From assembly GCA_963762565.1 (NCBI GenBank), contig CAVXLD010000001.1, positions 1,376,001-1,440,000 on the forward strand: 64,000 nt of DNA, read 5' to 3'. The notes beneath the pieces are model-generated. The model was given only the letters and a program-made list of their open reading frames with translations. It searched no databases and was not told the DNA's origin. A program made the position numbers and the translations under genes. This stretch comes from an uncultured Verrucomicrobiae bacterium (GTDB lineage Bacteria; Verrucomicrobiota; Verrucomicrobiia; Chthoniobacterales; JAFAMB01). Shown one piece after another: positions 54,063-61,637 of this stretch; position 1 is the stretch's first letter, and every line of letters begins with the position of its first letter.

Positions 54063-55043
54063 ATGCAGGCTGACCACATGCAACTCCCGATCCGCGAGTT
54101 TGTGCGGCGTGATTTCGTCCAACTCTCTCAGAACATGCGGGTCAGCGAAGCGTTAGACTTCATTCGAGATTACCGTTCACCGGGACAATCGTTGATCTAT
54201 TTCTATGTGGTCGATGAGGCATCCCGCCTCGTTGGGGTACTGCAAACGCGCGCGCTGCTCACATCGCAACCGGACGAGTCTCTCGCCGATGTGATGATCC
54301 GGCAAGTCATCGCGATTCCAGAAAGCGCCACCGTGCTCGAGGCCTGCGAATTTTTTGTCCTGCACAAATTTTTGGCGTTTCCGATTGTCGATCGAGAACG
54401 GCGGCTCAAGGGCGTCGTCGACATTAACTTGTTTAACGAGGAAGTCTTCGGAATCCCCGAGACAGAGAGGAGCGATGACCTATTCCAGGCGATCGGCTTT
54501 CACATCGCTCAAGCGCGATCGGCCTCACCGTTACAGGTGTTCCGCTTTCGTTTCCCATGGTTACTGGTCACAATCGCTGGAGGAACGGTGTGCGCCTTTG
54601 TTGCGCAGGCGCACGAGAAGACGCTCCAACACACGTTAGTAGTGGCCTTTTTCATGACCCTCATATTATCAATGGGAGAAAGTGTAGCGGTGCAATCCTT
54701 GGCCCTCGTTTTGGAAACGTTAAGGCTGCGAAATGTTACACCAATGTGGTTCTTCAACACGTGCAAACGGGAGGTAGTAACCGCGATGCCTCTCGCGGCC
54801 GCCACCGGTATTGTGGTGTTTATCGTCGTCTTGATAGTGGACCATGCGCTTTGGCCTGCGACCGTCATCAGCGCAAGCTTGGCAATCGGGGTGGGCGCCT
54901 CCTGTTTACTCGGCATCAGTATCCCGACCTTGTTACGCGTGGCGAAGCTCGATCCTACCATCGCCGCCGGCCCGATCACCTTGGCGGCGACGGATGTTGC
55001 GGTGTTGCTGATTTATCTGGGGATTACTGGAGTGCTGTTGTAG
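54063..55043 (+). CDS. mgtE: MgtE-family magnesium transporter (CBS pair plus TM domain)
   Basis: YFYVVD...LVGV CBS pair, RFPWL, DPTIAAGP.TLAATD; lacks the N-terminal MgtE domain. Confidence 0.85.
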   Translation: MQADHMQLPIREFVRRDFVQLSQNMRVSEALDFIRDYRSPGQSLIYFYVVDEASRLVGVLQTRALLTSQPDESLADVMIRQVIAIPESATVLEACEFFVLHKFLAFPIVDRERRLKGVVDINLFNEEVFGIPETERSDDLFQAIGFHIAQARSASPLQVFRFRFPWLLVTIAGGTVCAFVAQAHEKTLQHTLVVAFFMTLILSMGESVAVQSLALVLETLRLRNVTPMWFFNTCKREVVTAMPLAAATGIVVFIVVLIVDHALWPATVISASLAIGVGASCLLGISIPTLLRVAKLDPTIAAGPITLAATDVAVLLIYLGITGVLL

Positions 55044-55074
55044 CGGGAAGGCGAGGCCGGGCTCGGACCGATGA

Positions 55075-55232
55075 GTGGACGGACTGGACACAGTGGACGG
55101 GAGTGGACCGGGTGGACGTAGTGGACACCGTAAGCGGCGTGCACGGATCATTTGGGCGAGACGCGAAACGTCCACTCCCGTCCACTGTGTCCACCACGTC
55201 CACTTAGTCCACTTAGTCCACTTTCGTCCACT
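55075..55232. repeat. Inverted pair of (GTGGACNNN)n / (GTCCACNNN)n repeats
   Basis: About six GTGGAC units, then about seven GTCCAC units. Confidence 0.9.
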
Positions 55233-55279
55233 CTGGATTTATTTTGGATGAGGGACGATTCCTGGCCTATTTGTGCACC

Positions 55280-56131
55280 ATGGCTTCGGATACAAAGACT
55301 TCTCGCGCGTGGTTCATTACCGGCTCGTCAACCGGCTTCGGCAGGGTATTAGCAGAGATGCTTTTGAAACGGGGCGAGCGCGTGGCCGTGACGGCACGTA
55401 ACCCCGATCAGATTCAGGACCTGGTTGGCTGCTACAAGGACAGGGGATTGGCGCTGGCGTTAGACGTGAACCAGCCAAAGCAAGTCGCATCGTCGGTTGC
55501 TGCCGCCGAAAAGTTTTTCGGTCAAATTGATGTGTTGGTTAATAACGCTGGGTACGGTTATCTGGCCGCAGTCGAAGAGGGCGAAGCAGACGAAGTACGC
55601 GCCATGTTTGAGACCAATTTTTTCGGCTTGGTAGCGGTCACAAAAGCCGTACTGCCCGGGATGAGAGCTCGGGGCGCTGGGCACATTGTGAATATCAGTT
55701 CTATCGGTGGCCTGGTGGCGAATCCAAGCGTCGGCTATTACGCAGCCACTAAGTTTGCCGTTGAAGGTCTATCGGAGGCTCTAGCCAAAGAAGTAGAACC
55801 TTTGGGTATTCGGGTAACCGCCATTGAGCCTGGCCCTTTCCGCACAGATTGGGCAGGCCGCTCGTTGAAAGTGGCCAAAGGGTCGATACCCGAGTATGTG
55901 GGTACCGCTGGCGCGCGTAGCCGTGAGATCGCGGAGCGTAGCGGGAAACAGCCTGGTGATCCGGTTCGGGCTGCCGAAGCAATCATCACGATCGTTGAGG
56001 CTGACCAACCGCCGCGCAATCTCTTTTTGGGTAAGAGAGCCGTGGACATGGCCCGAGAGAAGCTAACCTATCTTTCCGGGACTATCGAACAATGGGAGGA
56101 ATTGTCGTTGGGAACCGATTTCCCTGACTGA
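55280..56131 (+). CDS. Short-chain dehydrogenase/reductase
   Basis: ITGSSTGFG, NNAGYG, SS, YYAATK, EPGPFRTDW. Confidence 0.94.
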   Translation: MASDTKTSRAWFITGSSTGFGRVLAEMLLKRGERVAVTARNPDQIQDLVGCYKDRGLALALDVNQPKQVASSVAAAEKFFGQIDVLVNNAGYGYLAAVEEGEADEVRAMFETNFFGLVAVTKAVLPGMRARGAGHIVNISSIGGLVANPSVGYYAATKFAVEGLSEALAKEVEPLGIRVTAIEPGPFRTDWAGRSLKVAKGSIPEYVGTAGARSREIAERSGKQPGDPVRAAEAIITIVEADQPPRNLFLGKRAVDMAREKLTYLSGTIEQWEELSLGTDFPD

Positions 56132-56147
56132 GAACCGTGTCTTCGTC

Positions 56148-56816
56148 GTGAGCACCGTCCGCTTTGCAAAGGTTGTTGAGGCTTGCGGGAAACCGGACAT
56201 TCATTTGCTGCTGATCGACCCCGCCAAAGACAAGACGTTGCAGGCGGCGATTAAGACGGATCGAGTCATGACGCTCTATCAAGAGTCCGGCGGTACCGAT
56301 CATGGTGTCGTCGGCTTTGAACAGGGACGATCCCGTCAGTTTCTTGTATTCCCAAAACCGTTGAAACCGTTCTTGGGTCAACGCATCGTCGGGATCAAAT
56401 ACGAGCTACTCGAGGACGCTCCCGCTCCGAAAAAGGAACCAATCAGAAAAGAACCGGTTAAGCCATCAGCGGAAGAACCGGGCGAGGCGGCGTCGACCAC
56501 GAAGGGCATTGAGTCTGCAAAGCAGACTGATCGGCAGATTCCGACCGTAATGCCTAATCCCGGCGCTGCTAAACCAGGCAAGAAAGGGCCGCCCGAAGAA
56601 AAGAAAGCAGATCAGCAACCCGGGAAATCGCCCTCGGAAGATAAAGTCGTTAAATTCGAAGCTCCTGAACCCGAGAAGCAACCGGCCCCCGAAAGCGACG
56701 AAGTCAAAGAAATCAAACGCCGGGTGCGGGCAGCGATGGAAGCCCTGGAAAAGGGAAAACAAGTCGCCGCTTTCAATGTTCTAAAAAGCATTCTGGAGTC
56801 GGGCACGAAGCATTAG
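56148..56816 (+). CDS. Hypothetical protein (globular N-terminus, P/K/E-rich linker, C-terminal helix)
   Basis: 222-aa ORF with GTG start 16 nt after the SDR stop. Confidence 0.7.
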   Translation: MSTVRFAKVVEACGKPDIHLLLIDPAKDKTLQAAIKTDRVMTLYQESGGTDHGVVGFEQGRSRQFLVFPKPLKPFLGQRIVGIKYELLEDAPAPKKEPIRKEPVKPSAEEPGEAASTTKGIESAKQTDRQIPTVMPNPGAAKPGKKGPPEEKKADQQPGKSPSEDKVVKFEAPEPEKQPAPESDEVKEIKRRVRAAMEALEKGKQVAAFNVLKSILESGTKH

Positions 56817-56946
56817 AAGGAGTTCAGGAGTTGCAGGAGTTCAGGACCCTCCATCGTAGGTACTCGGTTCTCACGTTCCTGGTTCACGGGGCCTTTGTGC
56901 TTGCAATTCTGGGATCGCCCCCAGGCTGAACTCCTGAACTCCTCGT

Positions 56947-58137
56947 TCACTTCTCTGGCGTTGCTTGCATCGCGGTCACAAATTCATCGATAAACCGCTT
57001 CACATCGACGTCTTGGACGACGTTGACCTTTCGTTCGCCTAGATGCGGAGCAACCTGATCCGACCAGATTCGGGCGGCGCCGTATGCTGGGCCATGGCTC
57101 AGATCGACGTCCATTGTCACCGCGGTTTGTTTCGTGACCAAGGTCGGATCAACAAAGATACCAACAGTTAGTTCGTCCCACAAAGGCACACCTTTTTCTG
57201 CATACCTGGCGATGTATTCGGTTAGCGGTGTCTTCTTTTCGGCGATCCTTTTAACCAGTTCGTCGCTGAACATCGTTTCGTTAGTAACATCACCAACTGC
57301 CGTAATTGCCGGCCAATCTGCGGCCAGCACAATTTCCGCAGCCTCTGGATCGAACAGTAAGTTAAAGTCGGAGCCGAAATCAGGATTGCCGGTTGCCTTA
57401 GAAATGCCGCCGATCAGGCCTCCCATAAAGATTAGTTCTTTCGCTAGTGAAGCGAACTCCGGATCGAGCCGGATCGCCAATGCCAGGTTGGTGAGCGGTC
57501 CCGCCGCGACAATGGTGACTTGATGCGGGTACTGGTGAACTTGCCGGATCAGAAAACTTGCCGCGATTTCGTTGGCTGCCTTAGTCGACGGCTCACCCTC
57601 ATCGAGATGCGGTACCTCGAAAGGACCGTGAGGTTTATAGTCAGGAAATAGTCCTTCTTTTGGATCATTCCAAGCGCCTTTCCAGGGAATAATTCCGAAT
57701 GATTTCTCCCAAGCATGTTCCTTGGTTTTTGTGTTCACCAAAGGGAAAACTGCACCTGGAACCACCGGAACGTCGGTCCGGCCCAAAATCTCCAAGAACC
57801 TTAGCGTGTGAGCTACTTCTTCATCCCTCCAACCATCACCGGTGACCACTGTCAGACCGAGTGGTTTGATGTCGGGACTGTTTAATAGGAGCGCGGCCGC
57901 CTGGAGATTAGTGCTGGCTGGACCGAAAAAGTCGTTGTCGAAAATCACCAACCGTGGAGCTTGAGCTCCGCCAACTGTCTGCGCCTGCAGCAGCGCGGCG
58001 GACCAGAAGCCAGCCAGTAAAGCAGTTTGGGCCCAGCGCGAAATAAGTTTGAGAGCCCGCCCTCGTATTCTGGCCTCCTCTTGGTTGGCCTCGACGGCCA
58101 TCGCGGCAGGTTTCTTTCCCTGTGATACCGTTTGCAT
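56947..58137 (-). CDS. Inosine/uridine-preferring nucleoside hydrolase family protein (probably exported; start uncertain)
   Basis: VIFDND, GLTVVTGD, GPLTNLALA, FMGG, DFNLLFDPEAA, PLWDE. Confidence 0.88.
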   Translation of the reverse strand: MQTVSQGKKPAAMAVEANQEEARIRGRALKLISRWAQTALLAGFWSAALLQAQTVGGAQAPRLVIFDNDFFGPASTNLQAAALLLNSPDIKPLGLTVVTGDGWRDEEVAHTLRFLEILGRTDVPVVPGAVFPLVNTKTKEHAWEKSFGIIPWKGAWNDPKEGLFPDYKPHGPFEVPHLDEGEPSTKAANEIAASFLIRQVHQYPHQVTIVAAGPLTNLALAIRLDPEFASLAKELIFMGGLIGGISKATGNPDFGSDFNLLFDPEAAEIVLAADWPAITAVGDVTNETMFSDELVKRIAEKKTPLTEYIARYAEKGVPLWDELTVGIFVDPTLVTKQTAVTMDVDLSHGPAYGAARIWSDQVAPHLGERKVNVVQDVDVKRFIDEFVTAMQATPEK

Positions 58138-58210
58138 AGAAGCTTTGATCCAGAGCAGTAATCAGGCGAGATTGGCGTAAGGACCGTTCCAACCTGGTCA
58201 CAGGGACAAA

Positions 58211-59557
58211 ATGAACGACGTTTTTATTTGTGACGCAATACGAACCCCATTCGGCCGTTATGGCGGAGTCTTAGCGTCTATTCGAGCCGATGATCTAGCC
58301 GCCATTCCGATCCGCGCACTGATCGAACGAAACTCGACCGTCGATTGGTCGGCGGTCGACGATGTGATCTTCGGGTGTACCAATCAAGCGGGTGAAGATA
58401 ACCGCAATGTCGCGAGAATGGCTCTTTTGTTGGCTGGGTTACCAGAGACAGTACCTGGAACAACGGTTAACCGTCTTTGCGGTTCGAGCTTGGACGCCAT
58501 CGCCACCGCGGCCCGAGCGATTAAATCCGGAGAAGCGGATCTGATCATTGCAGGTGGTGTCGAAAGCATGTCACGCGCACCGTTTGTGTTGGCGAAATCC
58601 GAGACCGCTTTCAGCCGCACAGCAGAAATCTACGATACCACGATTGGTTGGCGGTTCGTGAACCCACGGATGCAGAAGCTTTACGGGATCGATTCGATGC
58701 CTGAGACCGCCGAAAACGTGGCGGAACAATTCCGGATTAATCGAGAAGATCAGGATGCGTTCGCATTGCGCAGCCATCAACGTTGGGCAGCCGCTAACAA
58801 AACCGGCTTTTTCGCCCGCCAAGTGGTTCCGGTCGAAGTCCCCCAAAAAAAGGGTGAGCCGCAAATTGTCACTACCGATGAACATCCAAGACCGAATACA
58901 ACCTTGGAGGCATTATCCAGGCTCCGGACGGTGGTGAAGCCCAGCGGTACAGTTACTGCCGGGAACGCCTCGGGCATCAATGACGGAGCCGGCGCGGTTT
59001 TACTTGTATCCGAACGCGCTTTGATCAAATACCGATTAACCCCGCGCGCTCGGGTAGTTGGTGCAGCGGCGGCTGGGATTGAGCCGAGAATCATGGGGAT
59101 GGCGCCTGTCCCCGCAACCCGGAAAGTGCTGACGATGGCTAACCTGGAGCTCTCGGAAATGGATGTTATCGAATTAAATGAAGCTTTCGCTGCCCAAGCC
59201 TTGGCGGTACTCCGCGAACTAGGTTTACCCGATGACGCTCCTCACCTTAATCCGAATGGTGGCGCTATCGCCATCGGGCATCCATTGGGAGCCAGCGGTG
59301 CCCGTTTAGCAACTGCGGCGGTAAACCAACTCGAGGTTATCAGCGGGCGATACGCACTTTGCACAATGTGCATCGGTGTTGGCCAAGGAATCGCCATGAT
59401 CCTCGAAAACTGTGTTGGCTTCGTCGAAGATGTCTTGGAAGAAGACGCCGAACACGAGTTGGAACCCGACGAGGAGGATTTGTTGGAGATTCCGGCGGCG
59501 GAGCGAGGAGGAGCGCTGGTTAGTAAGGCGGAGACGCCGGTTAAAGGTGAAAAGTGA
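58211..59557 (+). CDS. pcaF: 3-oxoadipyl-CoA thiolase (PcaF/PaaJ) with an acidic C-terminal extension
   Basis: RTPFGRYGG, NQAGEDNRNVARM, NRLCGS, DTTIGWRF, NEAFA, GHPLGASG, MCIGVGQG. Confidence 0.9.
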   Translation: MNDVFICDAIRTPFGRYGGVLASIRADDLAAIPIRALIERNSTVDWSAVDDVIFGCTNQAGEDNRNVARMALLLAGLPETVPGTTVNRLCGSSLDAIATAARAIKSGEADLIIAGGVESMSRAPFVLAKSETAFSRTAEIYDTTIGWRFVNPRMQKLYGIDSMPETAENVAEQFRINREDQDAFALRSHQRWAAANKTGFFARQVVPVEVPQKKGEPQIVTTDEHPRPNTTLEALSRLRTVVKPSGTVTAGNASGINDGAGAVLLVSERALIKYRLTPRARVVGAAAAGIEPRIMGMAPVPATRKVLTMANLELSEMDVIELNEAFAAQALAVLRELGLPDDAPHLNPNGGAIAIGHPLGASGARLATAAVNQLEVISGRYALCTMCIGVGQGIAMILENCVGFVEDVLEEDAEHELEPDEEDLLEIPAAERGGALVSKAETPVKGEK

Positions 59558-59570
59558 AAGGCTCAGGGTT

Positions 59571-59847
59571 GGTGGGGCGAGGCTCCGGAACCGCCGCTGG
59601 TGTTTGCGAAGCTATTCGCGGACCGCGACGGCAGGGTGAGCAAGGCCGATTCGCTGCCGAGCCGGGCCCAGCGCTGTGCAGCTTAAACCTTGGCTGGCTG
59701 AAGTGAGTTTTGGGTCGGTCGAACGTCTTTAGGGGTGGCAAACTATGGGCCCGGCTCGGCAATGTGTCGGCCCGGTGTGCAACAATCTCGGCCGAACGCG
59801 AGTCGCCTTGTGCGCGCTCCTCGGCCGTTCCGGAGCCTCGCCCCACC
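59571..59847. repeat. Palindromic element family A
   Basis: GGTGGGGCGAGGCTCCGGAA-65nt-GCCGAGCCGGGCCC...GGGCCCGGCTCGGC-67nt-TTCCGGAGCCTCGCCCCACC. Confidence 0.92.
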
Positions 59848-59981
59848 AACCCCGGGCACCCTTTCACCTTTCACGGTCTTCTCCCAACGTTGACAGAACC
59901 GCCCTATCAGCTTTGGTATTAATCACACCATAATGATACCAAAAACGCGTCGGATCAGGAAGAGGGAGCGCAGGGACCGGG

Positions 59982-61415
59982 ATGTCTGATTGTGTTGAGA
60001 ACGTTCTCGACGCGAGGGAACCGGACCGCAGTCGTTCAAACTTAACTGCATTCATTGTTTGTCTGGGGTGCGTGGTCGTTCTGCTCGACATTTCGATCGT
60101 CAATGTCGCGCTGAGACCAATAGCCTCGGGTCTGGGCGGCAGACTCAGCGATCTTCAGTGGATTGTCGATGCCTATACAGTCGCCTTTGCCAGCTTTCTT
60201 CTCAGCGCCGGCACCGCCGGAGATCGCTTCGGAAACAAAAAGGTTTTTGCAGTCGGATTTCTTTTATTCACGATCGCCTCAGTCGTTTGTGGCGCCGCCG
60301 GCAGCCTGCCGGCATTGATCGGCGCCCGCATCCTCCAAGGGATCGGCGCATCGCTGATTATCCCCTGTTCGCTGACACTGTTGAATCATGCATACGATGA
60401 TCCAGCCCAACGAGCGAAGGCGTTCGGCTGGTGGGCGGGGAGCGGTGGAGCTTCAGTCGCTGCCGGTCCAGTCATCGGTGGTTTTCTTGTACACAGTTTT
60501 GGTTGGCGCAGTATTTTTTATGTCAACGTTCCAATCGGTTTAGCTGCGCTTTTCTTGACCTGTAGCTACATTCAGAATGAGCAGCCGCGTCTTGGGCAAC
60601 GAATCGATTGGCCGGGGCAGCTGGTCAGTCTATTTGCGCTCGCTTCGCTCACCACAGTTCTGATCGAAGGAACCAATTGGGGATGGCTTTCTCCAGGAAT
60701 CATAACTTTAAGTGCTGCTTTCGTTGGATTAGCTCTCCTATTTTTTGCGGTCGAGAAGCGACAATCCCACCCGATGTTGCCGTTAACCCTTTTTCAATCC
60801 ACACAATTCACCGTTTCGACCTTCCTCGGCCTTCTCCTGAGTTTCTCGTTTTACGGACTGATCTTTACGCTCAGTATTTATTTCCAACAGGCTCGTCACT
60901 TAACCCCTTTGGAGACAGGATTCGCTTTCTTACCGGTTACAGGGTTGCTCACGGTGATGAACGTTTTTGCTGGCAGACTCGGCGTATGGCGCGGAATGCG
61001 GTTTCCGATTGTGGTCGGGTTTATCGTCGGCGGGATAGGCTTTTTCTGGCTCGCATTTGCCACCGACGCCACCACCGCCTACTCGGGCTTACTTCTCCCA
61101 TTGCTATGCGTTGGCGCTGGGGTACCGCTTATCTTACCGCCTCTGACCACGGTCGTATTGGCATCGGTTGATCGGTCTCAAGTAGGTCTGGCCTCGGCAA
61201 CGTTAAACACCGGACGCCAGATTGGCGCAGCCGCCGGCGTAGCGATGCTCGGTTCATTGCTCACAGCTGCACCCGGCCTGGTTGCCGGTTTTCGCTGGGG
61301 CATGATCATCTCCAGCATTATCTACCTGGTTGGCGCCTTGGTGACCCTCCGCTATTTGCCCCACAACCCGACTTTGCAGAGCGAAGACAACAGACTAAAT
61401 CCAACCGCAGATTGA
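59982..61415 (+). CDS. MFS drug:H+ antiporter (DHA2, 14 TM)
   Basis: LDISIVNVAL, LQWIVDAY, GDRFG.K, ARILQG.G, GPVIGG, WRSIFYVNVPIG, DWPG. Confidence 0.93.
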   Translation: MSDCVENVLDAREPDRSRSNLTAFIVCLGCVVVLLDISIVNVALRPIASGLGGRLSDLQWIVDAYTVAFASFLLSAGTAGDRFGNKKVFAVGFLLFTIASVVCGAAGSLPALIGARILQGIGASLIIPCSLTLLNHAYDDPAQRAKAFGWWAGSGGASVAAGPVIGGFLVHSFGWRSIFYVNVPIGLAALFLTCSYIQNEQPRLGQRIDWPGQLVSLFALASLTTVLIEGTNWGWLSPGIITLSAAFVGLALLFFAVEKRQSHPMLPLTLFQSTQFTVSTFLGLLLSFSFYGLIFTLSIYFQQARHLTPLETGFAFLPVTGLLTVMNVFAGRLGVWRGMRFPIVVGFIVGGIGFFWLAFATDATTAYSGLLLPLLCVGAGVPLILPPLTTVVLASVDRSQVGLASATLNTGRQIGAAAGVAMLGSLLTAAPGLVAGFRWGMIISSIIYLVGALVTLRYLPHNPTLQSEDNRLNPTAD

Positions 61416-61625
61416 CGCAGATTAACGCAGATTAGCGAGCGGCAAAAAAACAACCGCGAATGGACGCTAGTTATTCTAAACACAACCTTCATGCCGGAAC
61501 CGTTTAGTACTTTTCCCACCGGCGCTTAGATCCGCCCAAAACCGAAATCTGCGTAATCTGCGGATCATTCCATCTGCAGCTGGCCCGCCATAGCTTTAGC
61601 GACGGCTGGTTCATCTGCGGTTGGT
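61402..61625. repeat. (CGCAGATTA)n-family composite repeat
   Basis: cgcagattg acgcagatta acgcagatta ... aatctgcgtaatctgcgg ... catctgcggttg. Confidence 0.85.
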
Positions 61626-61637
61626 CTGTTACCGGTT

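Noticed and set aside
8263..59847. Family A boxes with variable spacers as a CRISPR array
   Set aside because: Boxes are inverted and dispersed singly between genes rather than tandem direct repeats; no cas genes are present.
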